A stretch of DNA of 64,000 nt from Nitrospirales bacterium (lineage in GTDB: Bacteria; Nitrospirota; Nitrospiria; Nitrospirales; UBA8639). Within the stretch, counting starts at the first letter, position 1. Each line of letters starts with the position of its first letter. The notes beneath the pieces were generated by a model. The model did not search any database. It was not told where the DNA came from and saw nothing but the letters and a program-made list of their open reading frames with translations. Below are positions 10,440 through 20,348 of this stretch, one piece after another. Both the position numbers and the translations under genes were made by a program. The stretch covers positions 3,712,001 to 3,776,000 of the forward strand of contig OY820905.2 in assembly GCA_963555755.3 (NCBI GenBank). The letters are read 5' to 3'.

Positions 10440-10851
10440 TTAAAGAATCTCAAGGCGGCCTGCGCGATTGCTGTACCTGCTTCATTTGTATGACCGATGG
10501 CAGTCAACACTTCCTGAATGCTTTGAAACTTTCGATTAGAGAGTGCGGTGGCAATCGGGTCACGGGCCAAAAATGCTGATAAGACTCTCCGAATCGCGGC
10601 CAATTTAATAAATCGATACAGATCAAGGACGGAAGTCGGATCGGGTGTGGCAACGGTGAGGTGACCATTCGCAAATAAAAAGAAATCCAAGGTATGAAAA
10701 TGGGTGCCGGCCCCGACATCGACCAAGACGATATCCCCTTCCAATTTCCCTATGTGATTGAGGAGCCGTTTTTTTTCTGGTGGGGAAGGTTTGACGTGAG
10801 GAGGGTTTCTCCAGTACCCGAACTGAGGGACAAATTCGGGTGAAGGGATAA

Positions 10852-10992
10852 GGGCACCTCTAAAAACCGTCCTTTTCTGTGATGGCGGCGTCAGCCGCGT
10901 GCTCACATCCTCATGTATTCGCCCATACACTCCGGTTTTCCGCGCGTGGCTTCCTTGCCCTCACAAAAAATGCCTGGTTTTTAAAGGCGCCC
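10852..10992. mobile_element. MITE-like family A, copy 3
   Basis: ATAA duplication; lies inside the FlhG-like pseudogene. Confidence 0.92.
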
Positions 10993-11436
10993 ATAAGGGT
11001 TGAACCATACCTTGCAGGGTTTTGATTTTTCGATCGAGAAAGTCCGTGAGGGTTACTGTGGGGTGAAAGTGTCCGAATAGCACATGGAGATTAGCTCCCC
11101 CTGTGTCTCAATCAACTAGGGTGGTCCGAAATCCGCGTTTGACCAGCATAAGCCCTAGATTGCTAGCCACCATGTTTTTTCCGGCTCCCACTTTTCCGGA
11201 GGCTACCGATAGGAGTGTGGGCATCGATGTGTTGGGTGGACCTATTGATAAAAACGTCAAATGTGTGGTTGTAGTTCTGGGTGCAAGTATCAACGAGAAC
11301 CAAATAGTTCGGTAAACAGTTTCTGGAGTATCTCGATGAGGCAGGGCTATTTCATATTAGAGTGTAACTTCATAAATAATAAGGAATAATCGATTTAGGC
11401 TGGCTTTTTCTTTTCGTTTGAGGCATACTCTTTTTC

Positions 11437-13465
11437 ATGCCAGACGAATCCCCAAGCGGACAGCCGGACATCGATCTGGGGCAAGTGGTGGTTCGCCCAA
11501 TTGTCCGGGACGAGAAGGACACCTTCAAGACCCTGCTCGACAGACATCACTACCTCGGGTCTGCCCCGCTGATTGGCCCATCGATCCAATACCTCGCCTG
11601 TGTGCAGGATCGCTGGCTGGCCTTGCTGGTGTTTGCGGCGGCGGCCCTCAAATCGAAACCGCGCGACCACTGGATCGGCTGGCCCCCCTGTTTTCACTGG
11701 CAACGCCTCCATTTACTAGCCAACAACACCCGGTTTCTCATCCTGCCGGGCTGTTCGCAAAAGAACCTTGCCTCGAAAGTCCTGTCGCTCTGCACGAAAC
11801 GGATCACGGCTGATTGGCAAATGTGCCACGGCTACCCCGTGCTCCTCTTAGAAACCTTCGTCGATCCTGCCCGCTTCACCGGGACCTGCTATCGAGCCGC
11901 CGGGTGGCAGGAGCTCGGGCTGACCCGAGGGTTTCGCAAGGCCAATACGCGGTATGTTCCGCATGACCGCCCCAAACGAATTCTGGTCAGAAGTCTGCAT
12001 CCCCAAGCCCGAGCGATCCTGGCCCGCCCGATGTTGGAGCCGCTCTATCAGAAAGGAGAGGTACCTCAGATGCGATTGAATGCCAAGCAGACGAACTCCC
12101 TGTTTACCTATGTGGTGCAATTGACCGATCCACGCAATTTGCAAGGGCAACGACACACCCGACGCGCCCTCACCGCGATCATGTTCTGTGCCACCTTGTG
12201 CGGCGCCGATGGCTATGAAGCGATCTCGGACTGGGCCCAGCAGTTATCTCAGACGATGCGCAAGCGGCTGGGATGCACCAAACGAGGGGGCCGCTACCTC
12301 GTCCCGAGCCGCAGCACACTCTACCGATTTATCTCGGCCGTCGACCCCTGGGAAGTCGACACCCTGCTCGGCCGGTGGCTGGACACCTTTGGGGGGGAGG
12401 ATCAGGGCATCGCCATTGATGGCAAGACCATGCGGGGGACTTCGAAGGTCCCGAGCGAACAGACCCATGTCCTCAGCGCCGTCACCCATGACGAGGGGCG
12501 CCACCTCACCCCAAAAAAGTCGACACCAAGACCAATGAGATCCCCTGCGTGCGTCCCTTATTAGATGAGCTGGAGATCGAAGGGAAGGTCATCACGGCGG
12601 ATGCGCTCCTCACCCAGAAAGAGATCGCAAATTACCTTGTGCAAGAACGCGGGGCCGACTTCGTCTTCACCGTCAAGGGGAACCAGCCGACCTTGAAGCA
12701 CGACATTGAGGCCTTGGATTTGACCGCACAACGATGTGATGATGAGACGACCGATAAGGGCCATGGGCGAATCACGATCCGCAGGATCTGGTGCGACGAC
12801 TCCCTGAATGCCTCTGTCACCTTTCCCCATGTGCAGCAAGTCTTCTGCATTGAGAGGGAAGTCGCGCATCTCAAGAAGGGCATCACGACGGTAGATACCG
12901 TATGCGGAGTCACAAGTCAGTCACCAGCGAAGGCCTCGCCGAAGAAAATCCTCTCGCAAAACCGGAAGCATTGGAGTGTGGAGAATAAGCAGCATTATGT
13001 GTTGGATGTCACCTTTGATGAAGACCGGAGTCAGATCCGACGGCTCAATGGCCCGATGGTCATGACCTGTCTGCGACGCTTGCCCTGAATGCCTCTGTCA
13101 CCTTTCCCCATGTGCAGCAAGTCTTCTGCATTGAGAGGGAAGTCGCGCATCTCAAGAAGGGCATCACGACGGTAGATACCGTATGCGGAGTCACAAGTCA
13201 GTCACCAGCGAAGGCCTCGCCGAAGAAAATCCTCTCGCAAAACCGGAAGCATTGGAGTGTGGAGAATAAGCAGCATTATGTGTTGGATGTCACCTTTGAT
13301 GAAGACCGGAGTCAGATCCGACGGCTCAATGGCCCGATGGTCATGACCTGTCTGCGACGCTATGCCATCAGTCTCTTACGCGTGAAAGGCCAAACCAATA
13401 TCGCGCAGGCGTTTCGATGGCTCTGGGCCAAGCCCCATGTAGCCATCCGCATGGCTCTGCCCTGA
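11437..13465 (+). pseudogene. DUF4338-like/ISAs1 DDE transposase (-1 frameshift), disrupted by tandem duplication
   Basis: HHYLG, RDHWIGW, NNTRFLILP and ETFVDPARFTGTCYRAAGW, followed by IAIDGKTMRG, TNEI, ITADAL, VKGNQPTL and HWSVEN; premature TGA at 13086-13088. Confidence 0.85.
12802..13361 (+). repeat. Direct tandem duplication of 279 bp
   Basis: 12802-13080 is repeated at 13083-13361 with no differences seen; absent from copy 2. Confidence 0.95.
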
Positions 13466-13515
13466 AAAAGTGATCAAAAAAAACTCATGGAATCCCTTGC
13501 TTATAAAAAGAATGA

Positions 13516-14527
13516 TATGCCTTCCCATTTAACTAAGGTTGCTTCAGTTTATTGAATCCCAAGGGTTTTGAGCTGCTGGTCAGGATTTTCAACAAACTCT
13601 GGAAGGTACTCATTGGAGTCTCACGGCGGTTATAGCGAAAGACAAACTCATCAAGATAGTGTTGCAGGTATTTTGAATCCACTCCATGGTGAATCCCGTT
13701 CAGCCAGGTCTGCAGATTGCCGAACGCTCTATGGATGTGTGGAGCGTGCTTCCCAGCACTTGCTGGGTCACCCTGGGTCCGTCTCAGGTGTTCGTATCCT
13801 GCCAAGGCTTTTGCCGAGTATCCCTTCCAACCATCGGACTTGATCTTACTGCCCTCAGCGACATGGCTATTGAGGAATGCTTTGATCTCGTTCTCTCCAG
13901 CGTCTTGAAGAATCGCTAATCGTAAACGCCCTGCTTTCTCTCGAAAGTGATCCCCTTGTGTGTACGTGACAATTTCTACGGCTCCGGCTATTAACGTCTT
14001 GGTTTTCGCTTTCGCGACGCCACGGCCCGTTTTGCCTTTTACCGGTCCACCGATATGGGTTTCATCGGCTTCAACTGTTCCTGCGAGCCGTTCACGGTTC
14101 TGTCGTACCATTCCTCGTCGCAATCTGTGGAGCAAATACCAGGCGCTATCCACCTTCTTGATACTGAGTTGACGCTGCAATTGCACAGCACTGATGCCAG
14201 GTGTGTGCGTGGAGACGAAATAGGCAGCCCAAAACCAAAGCCGTAGCGGCAAGTGCGATCTATGCATCACTGTGCCGCTTAGCGGTGATGTCTGTCTATG
14301 ACACGACGAACACTCAAACCGGAAATATTTTTTGAGCCACCAACCACCGCGATGACCGCAAGCTGGACACATAAACCCGTCTGGCCACCGAATCGCCCGC
14401 AAGTACTCGAAGCACGCTTCTTCGGTGTGGAACCTAACAGAAAAATCCAAGATATCAGCAGCATACCCTGTGTCCATAGTCCAGCAGACTAGTCTAGGGA
14501 CTAACCTTAGTCAAATGGGAAGGCATA
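13516..14527 (-). mobile_element. IS1595-family insertion sequence
   Basis: 25-bp TIR TATGCCTTCCCATTT(A/G)ACTAAGGTT; 8-bp near-TSD AAGAATGA/ACGAATGA. Confidence 0.93.
13533..14477 (-). CDS. IS1595-family transposase
   Basis: Zn ribbon RWPDGFMCPAC...ECSSC; VEADETHIGG, SDGWKGY and YLDEFVFRYNRR motifs. Confidence 0.93.
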   Translation of the reverse strand: MDTGYAADILDFSVRFHTEEACFEYLRAIRWPDGFMCPACGHRGGWWLKKYFRFECSSCHRQTSPLSGTVMHRSHLPLRLWFWAAYFVSTHTPGISAVQLQRQLSIKKVDSAWYLLHRLRRGMVRQNRERLAGTVEADETHIGGPVKGKTGRGVAKAKTKTLIAGAVEIVTYTQGDHFREKAGRLRLAILQDAGENEIKAFLNSHVAEGSKIKSDGWKGYSAKALAGYEHLRRTQGDPASAGKHAPHIHRAFGNLQTWLNGIHHGVDSKYLQHYLDEFVFRYNRRETPMSTFQSLLKILTSSSKPLGFNKLKQP

Positions 14528-14563
14528 ACGAATGAAATGGCCCTGCTCGATGAGGCGAAACAC

Positions 14564-14592
14564 TTGCCTTTGGATGGGGGAAATGGTACTGT
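14564..14592 (+). promoter_or_regulatory. Putative sigma70 promoter of the rimP operon
   Basis: TTGCCT-N17-TACTGT with extended -10 TG. Confidence 0.5.
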
Positions 14593-14604
14593 TCGACTTC
14601 TAGG

Positions 14605-14630
14605 AAGTGGGCGAGAGCCCACTTTTTTTT
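14605..14630 (+). promoter_or_regulatory. rimP leader hairpin (terminator-like attenuator)
   Basis: AAGTGGGC-GAGA-GCCCACTT plus a T run; this is the GTGGGC/GCCCAC hairpin widely found upstream of rimP. Confidence 0.75.
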
Positions 14631-14671
14631 GCTTTGTCGCCCCACCGCGGCTCCATTCGTTAGGTCTAGGA

Positions 14672-15151
14672 TTGGATACCAAATATTTGGGGAAACAGGT
14701 TCAGCTCATGGCTGAGCCCATTGCACGGGCTCTGGACCTTGACTTGCTTGAAATCACTTGTCAAGGCAAGGGAGCTGGTTCGGTCGTTCGAATCACCCTT
14801 GATAAGAATGGAGGCGTGGGCATTCGAGACTGTGAGCAATTTCATCAGTCCCTGCGCCGAGCAATTGAGGTGGCTGACCCCGCGCCTTTTGCCTATAGGC
14901 TAGAGGTTTCATCCCCAGGTGTTGATCGCCTACTAAAGAATCTTAAGGATTACCAGCGGGTGGTGGGAAAAGTCCTCCAAGTGAAGATTCAGGACCCGGA
15001 TGGTGGGCAACAACAGGTGATCGGGCGGTTATCGACTCTCACGGAAACAGGTGTCACATTGTCGGTGCGAACGGGTAAGCAGCAAAAAACACATGAAGTT
15101 GAACTCCTTTGGGATTCCATCACAGAGGCCAAACAACTGGTGGAGTTTTAG
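14672..15151 (+). CDS. rimP: Ribosome maturation factor RimP (start TTG 14672 or ATG 14708)
   Basis: YRLEVSSPGVDR motif; position before nusA. Confidence 0.92.
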   Translation: MDTKYLGKQVQLMAEPIARALDLDLLEITCQGKGAGSVVRITLDKNGGVGIRDCEQFHQSLRRAIEVADPAPFAYRLEVSSPGVDRLLKNLKDYQRVVGKVLQVKIQDPDGGQQQVIGRLSTLTETGVTLSVRTGKQQKTHEVELLWDSITEAKQLVEF

Positions 15152-15196
15152 CGTGCGCATATTAGGGGTTCGTTAGAGAGACAGGGCTGTGAGTAA

Positions 15197-15354
15197 GGGT
15201 TCGTGCTAGAATAACTTCCCCTGTTTGAGTGCTGAGACGCCTGTCTGGCAAGGTGCGAGGACTGCGCATACTCCTCGTATGGAAAGGACGAGCAACGCCG
15301 CCAGACGGGATGGATCGACGCCCAAAACATGGGAAGTTATTCTTGCGCGAGCCC
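15197..15354. mobile_element. MITE-like family B, copy 2 (inverted)
   Basis: Family B TIRs; lies between rimP and nusA. Confidence 0.88.
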
Positions 15355-15371
15355 GAAGAAGGGGAATCGTT

Positions 15372-16622
15372 ATGAAGCATGAAATTATGGCCGTGATTGA
15401 GCAGGTTGGCCGTGAAAAAGGAATTGATAAGGAGCGAGTCCTGGCTGCCGTTGAATCTGCCCTTCTGACCGCAGCAAAAAAGCGATATGGAAGTAACGAA
15501 AATATACAAGTGCAAATTGACCATGAAACCGGGGAAATCTCGATAGTGTCGTTGAAAACGATTTCGGACCCCGTGACCGATGTCAAATCTCAAATTTCCC
15601 TGGAAGAAGCCCGGGAAATTGATTCGGAAGCGGAGGTAGGGGATGAAATCGGGTCTCTTTTGGAAATGGCAGAATTTGGGCGTATTGCGGCCCAGGCTGC
15701 CAAACAGGTGATCTGCCAGAAAGTCAGAGAAGCCGAATGGGAAGCTGTTGAACGAGAATATTCGAAAAAGGAAGGCGATCTGGTCCATGGGGTAATCCTG
15801 GGGCAGGAGCGTCGAAACTATTTGGTTGAAATTGGCAAAACGGAAGCCCTTCTCCCCATCAATGAACAAATTCCTCGTGAGGCCCATCGACGAGGAGATC
15901 GCGTGCGTGCCATGCTCTTGGAAGTTCGACGGACGCCTAAAGATGTCCAAGTGATCTTGACGCGAGCGCATCCGCAATTTGTGGTCAAGCTATTCCATTT
16001 GGAAGTGCCAGAAGTCATGGAAAAAATTGTGGAAATTAAGGGTGTGGTTCGTGAGCCTGGCGATCGGACCAAGATTGCCGTGTCTTCACGAGATAAGGCA
16101 GTTGATCCGGTGGGTGCCTGTGTTGGGATCAAAGGATCCCGGGTCCAAGCGATAGTCCGTGAGCTTAAAGGGGAAAAAATCGATATCATTCCTTGGACCA
16201 CCGATCCACGTGTGTTCATTGGCGAAGCCTTGAACCCTGCCTCTATTGAAAAAGTTGGGATTGACGAACAGAAAAAAGCGGCGCTGGTTGTTGTCGCGGA
16301 CTCCCAGCTTTCATTGGCCATTGGGAAAAACGGACAAAATGTTCGCCTTGCCGCGAAACTCACTGGGTGGAAAATTGATATTATTAGTGGCAGTGAATAT
16401 GAAAAGGAAAAGGTTGAACGGGAAAAGGAGATCAAGGCGGCTTTGGCTGAAGAAGCTGAAGCTCTGCGAGAGCAAGCCGGAGGAGAAAACTCAACTCCTT
16501 CAGAGGAGCCTGATTCTCCAGTAGAACCCGAAGTGGCTCAGGTTACGGCCGAAGCTTCGGAGGCGGTCTCGACTCCAGATTCCATTGAGGAAACTGGAGA
16601 ATCGAAGGAAACCTTATCCTAA
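15372..16622 (+). CDS. nusA: Transcription termination/antitermination factor NusA
   Basis: FGRIAAQAAKQVI, REPGDRTKIAV and LSLAIGKNGQNVRLA motifs. The ORF-track 5' extension is MITE sequence. Confidence 0.97.
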   Translation: MKHEIMAVIEQVGREKGIDKERVLAAVESALLTAAKKRYGSNENIQVQIDHETGEISIVSLKTISDPVTDVKSQISLEEAREIDSEAEVGDEIGSLLEMAEFGRIAAQAAKQVICQKVREAEWEAVEREYSKKEGDLVHGVILGQERRNYLVEIGKTEALLPINEQIPREAHRRGDRVRAMLLEVRRTPKDVQVILTRAHPQFVVKLFHLEVPEVMEKIVEIKGVVREPGDRTKIAVSSRDKAVDPVGACVGIKGSRVQAIVRELKGEKIDIIPWTTDPRVFIGEALNPASIEKVGIDEQKKAALVVVADSQLSLAIGKNGQNVRLAAKLTGWKIDIISGSEYEKEKVEREKEIKAALAEEAEALREQAGGENSTPSEEPDSPVEPEVAQVTAEASEAVSTPDSIEETGESKETLS

Positions 16623-16627
16623 AGATC

Positions 16628-19144
16628 GTGGGTGCTATGAGAGTTTATGAATTAGCCAAAGAATTGGGAATGGAAAGTAAGGTTCTGATTCCGGAGCTCG
16701 GTCGGCTCGAGATCACGGTATCTTCCCATAGTAATACTTTGACGGAAGATGATGTCCAGAAAGCCTTAGCGGCATTCGGTAAAACGCAAGTGAGCAGTCC
16801 TATTACCGCAAAGGGAAAGTCCGGAAGTGGGACCAAACTTCTGAAAAAGTCTGCTCGTACAGGAAAAGGACGTGAGGCGACGGTGGAACCAGAGCCTCCT
16901 CCCAAACCTGAGAAAAAGCATATTCTTATTAAACGGAAGCGCGAGGAAGTCGAAGCGCCTCCTCCGGAAATTGAAACTCTCGAAGGTATCACTCAGGAAA
17001 GTCTGCCACCTGTTGTGGGGACTGAAACGGACAAGGACATTCCGCTCTCTCCTGAAGTGGCCGCGGTCGCAGAAGCTTTACAATCGCCCTATCCAACTCC
17101 AGAGGAAGCTCTAGCAGAATTCAAAGATACGGTGGCTCCTCCTTCAGGGGAGGGCATGGCTCCCCTGAAACAAGAAGAGCCCGAAAAAGAGCAGGTCGCC
17201 TCGGAGGAAAAGCCCAAGAAGACCAAAAAAACAGGAAAACATCGTGATGAGGCCCTGTTTGCGCAAAAGTATGAAGATGCGGCTCGGTGGCAAGACCTTC
17301 GTCCTCTCCCCACCCTGAGGCGGGAAGAACGAACACGCCATATCCCGTCTGCCACGTCTACCGAGGTCACCAAGCCACGGAGAAAAACGGTGAAGTTGAA
17401 TTCCGGTCTGACCGTGAAGGAATTTGCCGAACACCTTGGCCAGCGATCCGGGGACATCATGAAAAGGTTGATGGAGATGGGCGTGATGTTGACGATCAAC
17501 CAACCCATGGATCTTGATGCCGGCTTGTTGATTGCTGAAGGCTTGGGTATTCAAGTCGAAGTGGCGGTGGAGAAAGAAGGTGAGGCCCTTCTTGAAGAAG
17601 CCCTTGAATCAACTGAGGACATGGAACTTGTGGGGCGTCCTCCGGTGGTCACCATTATGGGGCATGTTGATCATGGGAAAACGTCCCTCTTGGATGCGAT
17701 CCGGCAGACCAACGTAGCCGCCCAAGAGTCCGGGGGCATCACTCAGCATATTGGCGCCTACACGGTTTCGGTGGGTGAGAAGCAGGTCACGTTTCTTGAT
17801 ACTCCTGGGCATGAAGCGTTTACGGCTATGAGGGCACGAGGGGCTCAGGCCACGGATATTGTCGTGTTGGTGGTGGCTGCGGATGACGGGGTGATGCCGC
17901 AAACGGTGGAAGCCGCTCATCACGCTCAAGCTGCCAATGTTCCGATCATTGTGGCCATCAATAAAATAGACAAACCGGGAGCCAATCCCGACCGAGCCAA
18001 GCAGGGTCTGTCTGATCATGGACTCATTCCCGAAGCGTGGGGCGGGCAGACGATCTTTGTTGACGTGTCAGCCAAAGAAAAGCAGGGCCTCGACACGCTA
18101 CTCGAGATGATTCTGTTGCAAGCCGAGGTCATGGAATTGAAGGCTGATATTGCCCAACTGCCGAAGGGTATCGTGCTTGAGTCCAAATTAGATCGAGGGC
18201 GTGGCCCCGTCGCGACGGTGTTGATCCAGAGTGGCATCTTGAAAGTTGGGGTTCCCTATGTCGTGGGTACGACCAGTGGCCGGGTTCGGGCGATGTTGTC
18301 CCATGACGGGAAAAAAATGAAGGAAGCCAGGCCTTCCACGCCAGTGGAAGTCATCGGGTTGCTAGGATTACCCGCAGCCGGCGATAAGTTTGTGGTGGTG
18401 AAGGATGAACGAATGGCCCGTGAAGTGGCCGAAGACCGGCTCCATAAGCAGCGGACAGCCGAGCTTGGGACAGGTGTGACCCGAATGACCTTGGATGATT
18501 TGTATGTGCAAGGGAAGGATTTGGATAAAAAAGAGCTATCCATCTTGTTGAAAGCTGATACGAATGGTTCGGTGTGTGCGTTGCGTGAAGCCGTGCTGAA
18601 AATTCAATCTGACTTAGTGAATCTTCAGGTGATTCATAACGGAGTCGGGACCATCACAGAATCTGATGTCCTTTTAGCTTCGGCTTCAAAAGCCGTTGTC
18701 ATCGGGTTTCATGTGAGGCCTGAACCGAAAGTGTCTGCTTTGGCTGAACGTGAAGGGGTGGAGATCCGGTTGCATACCGTCATCTACAATGCGATCGCTG
18801 ATGTTCGGGCCGCTGCTGAAGGCATGCTTGAACCAACCCTTGTGGAACGTGTGTTGGGTCGGGCTGAAGTGCGGGAGGTGTTTACTATTCCCAAAATCGG
18901 AACCATCGCCGGGTGCTATGTGAATGACGGACACATCGCTCGTTCGAGTGAAGGGGTTCGGGTCCTTCGAGATCAGGTCACGATCTATGAAGGCAAGTTG
19001 GGGTCTCTGCGTCGATTTAAAGACGATGTGCGGGATGTGCAGCAGGGGTATGAGTGCGGAATCGGGGTCGAAAACTTTAATGATATCAAATTAGGCGATA
19101 TCATTGAGGCCTATGTGTTCGACAAAGAAACCGCGAAGTTGTAA
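16628..19144 (+). CDS. infB: Translation initiation factor IF-2
   Basis: RVYELAKEL N-terminus; GHVDHGKT, DTPGHEAF and NKID motifs. Confidence 0.98.
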   Translation: MGAMRVYELAKELGMESKVLIPELGRLEITVSSHSNTLTEDDVQKALAAFGKTQVSSPITAKGKSGSGTKLLKKSARTGKGREATVEPEPPPKPEKKHILIKRKREEVEAPPPEIETLEGITQESLPPVVGTETDKDIPLSPEVAAVAEALQSPYPTPEEALAEFKDTVAPPSGEGMAPLKQEEPEKEQVASEEKPKKTKKTGKHRDEALFAQKYEDAARWQDLRPLPTLRREERTRHIPSATSTEVTKPRRKTVKLNSGLTVKEFAEHLGQRSGDIMKRLMEMGVMLTINQPMDLDAGLLIAEGLGIQVEVAVEKEGEALLEEALESTEDMELVGRPPVVTIMGHVDHGKTSLLDAIRQTNVAAQESGGITQHIGAYTVSVGEKQVTFLDTPGHEAFTAMRARGAQATDIVVLVVAADDGVMPQTVEAAHHAQAANVPIIVAINKIDKPGANPDRAKQGLSDHGLIPEAWGGQTIFVDVSAKEKQGLDTLLEMILLQAEVMELKADIAQLPKGIVLESKLDRGRGPVATVLIQSGILKVGVPYVVGTTSGRVRAMLSHDGKKMKEARPSTPVEVIGLLGLPAAGDKFVVVKDERMAREVAEDRLHKQRTAELGTGVTRMTLDDLYVQGKDLDKKELSILLKADTNGSVCALREAVLKIQSDLVNLQVIHNGVGTITESDVLLASASKAVVIGFHVRPEPKVSALAEREGVEIRLHTVIYNAIADVRAAAEGMLEPTLVERVLGRAEVREVFTIPKIGTIAGCYVNDGHIARSSEGVRVLRDQVTIYEGKLGSLRRFKDDVRDVQQGYECGIGVENFNDIKLGDIIEAYVFDKETAKL

Positions 19145-19180
19145 CTTGCTTGGCATTCTGCCAAGCCCGTATCAGCGCAT

Positions 19181-19462
19181 ATGATTGTCGGAGTGTGTCA
19201 GGTTCGCTTACACTTGCCGGATGGTCATTCACTCAAGGCCAAGCGTCAAGTCCTCTCGAGCTTTAAAACGCGATTATGTCAAGCTTTCAATGTTTCTGTC
19301 GCCGAGGTTGGCGATCACGATCTTTGGCAGCAAGCGACATTGGGGATTGCCTGTGTGGCGAATGAAACACGCCATGTCAATGCGGTATTGGATCAGGTCC
19401 TGAATGTCATTCGATCCAACCCTCACCTGGAGTTATTGGAGTCGCACATCGAACTGTTGTAG
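19181..19462 (+). CDS. DUF503/YlxP family protein
   Basis: SLKAKRQV...FNVSVAEV..HDLWQ motif; typical position between infB and rbfA. Confidence 0.9.
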   Translation: MIVGVCQVRLHLPDGHSLKAKRQVLSSFKTRLCQAFNVSVAEVGDHDLWQQATLGIACVANETRHVNAVLDQVLNVIRSNPHLELLESHIELL

Positions 19463-19670
19463 GGAATGTTGAAAAAGGGCGTCAGCCATCGCCAAGGCTA
19501 CGGCAGACAAGCCAGCAGCGTTCTCGGCCCTTGGTTGTGCTCACGTACTCACCCGTACGCTCAGGGCGCCAAGCCTACTCCGCCGAAGTGGCTACGAAGG
19601 CCGGGAGCACCTGCGGCCTTGCTGAGCGCACCTCCCGCCTCCGCGAGGGCATGCTTTTTGAACATCCCCT
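19461..19670. repeat. Family G palindromic repeat/MITE with internal small insertions
   Basis: AGGGAATGTTGAAAAA...GCCAGCAGCGTTCTCG...GCGGCCTTGCTG...TTTTTGAACATCCCCT; begins at the ylxP stop codon. Confidence 0.85.
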
Positions 19671-19760
19671 GCTGCCCTTGGTGTGTGATAATAATGATGA
19701 GGCGCAGGTGAACGGCATGAGGAAAATATTTCAATTCATCAACAGGCTCTTGTAAGTAAT

Positions 19761-19901
19761 GGGCACCTCTACCAACCAGGCATTTTTTGTGAGGGCAAGG
19801 AAGCCGCGCGCGGAAAACCGGAGTGTATGGGCGAATACATGAGGATTTGGGCACGCGACTGACGCCGCCATCACGGAAAAGGACGGTTTTTAGAGGTGCC
19901 C
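19761..19901. mobile_element. MITE-like family A, copy 4
   Basis: Family A TIRs and body; TSD not clean. Confidence 0.88.
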
Positions 19902-19932
19902 TCTAATGATTATGCAAGTGGATCCGGTTGTT

Positions 19933-20346
19933 ATGTCTAAACCAACGTTTAAAAGAGCTGAGCGGGTGGCGGACCAACTTCGCATTGAGGTGGCTGATAT
20001 TCTTGCCAAAAAATCAAAAGATCCTCGACTTCATTCAGTGACAGTAACTGATGTGGAAGTCACCAAAGATCTTCGAATTGCGCGTGTGTATGTGTCCATA
20101 TTGGGTCCTCAGGATGGCAAACCAAATATCTTAAAAGCCTTAGCCAGTGCTTCAGGGTTTGTTCGGTCGGAATTGGGACGGCGCCTGGAGTTGCGCTACA
20201 CGCCTGAAGTGAAGTTCTGGGCTGACTCGAATGGGCCTCGTGCGGAACGAATCTTGGAAATCCTTGATACGTTGCCTCCCGCAGGCTCAGAAAGTGCCGC
20301 TGACTTAGGTGCTGATTACACGCCTCATTTGCCTGAGGGTCGATAG
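19933..20346 (+). CDS. rbfA: Ribosome-binding factor A
   Basis: RAERVADQL, KDPRL, DLRIARVY and LRYTPE motifs. Confidence 0.95.
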   Translation: MSKPTFKRAERVADQLRIEVADILAKKSKDPRLHSVTVTDVEVTKDLRIARVYVSILGPQDGKPNILKALASASGFVRSELGRRLELRYTPEVKFWADSNGPRAERILEILDTLPPAGSESAADLGADYTPHLPEGR

Positions 20347-20348
20347 AA

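Larger units (their letters stand above)
10120..11224 (-). pseudogene. FlhG/MinD-family ATPase pseudogene
   Basis: MPTLLSVASGKVGAGKN (degenerate deviant Walker A), in-frame TGA at 11108-11110, then GGANLH, VDVGAGTHFHTLDFF and TPDPTSVLDLYRFIK; interrupted by MITEs A and B and by frameshifts. Confidence 0.88.
11342..14545 (+). mobile_element. ISAs1-family element, copy 1 (internal duplication; IS1595 inside right TIR)
   Basis: Left end CAGGGCTATTTCAT; right end ...AATGGCCCTG at 14536-14545; 10-bp TSD CTCGATGAGG at 11332-11341 and 14546-14555. Confidence 0.93.

Noticed and set aside
11108..11110. In-frame TGA as selenocysteine or readthrough
   Set aside because: The gene has several other inactivating lesions, and I see no reason to expect Cys/Sec at this position.
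11437..12070. Druantia defence system
   Set aside because: The DUF4338-like domain is fused to a transposase inside IS ends, and there is no DruE helicase or other dru gene in the window.
14537..14671. N-terminal extension of RimP
   Set aside because: It spans the ISAs1 end, the promoter and the leader hairpin.
15225..15371. N-terminal extension of NusA
   Set aside because: It is family B repeat sequence; the real start is ATG 15372 after a purine-rich RBS.
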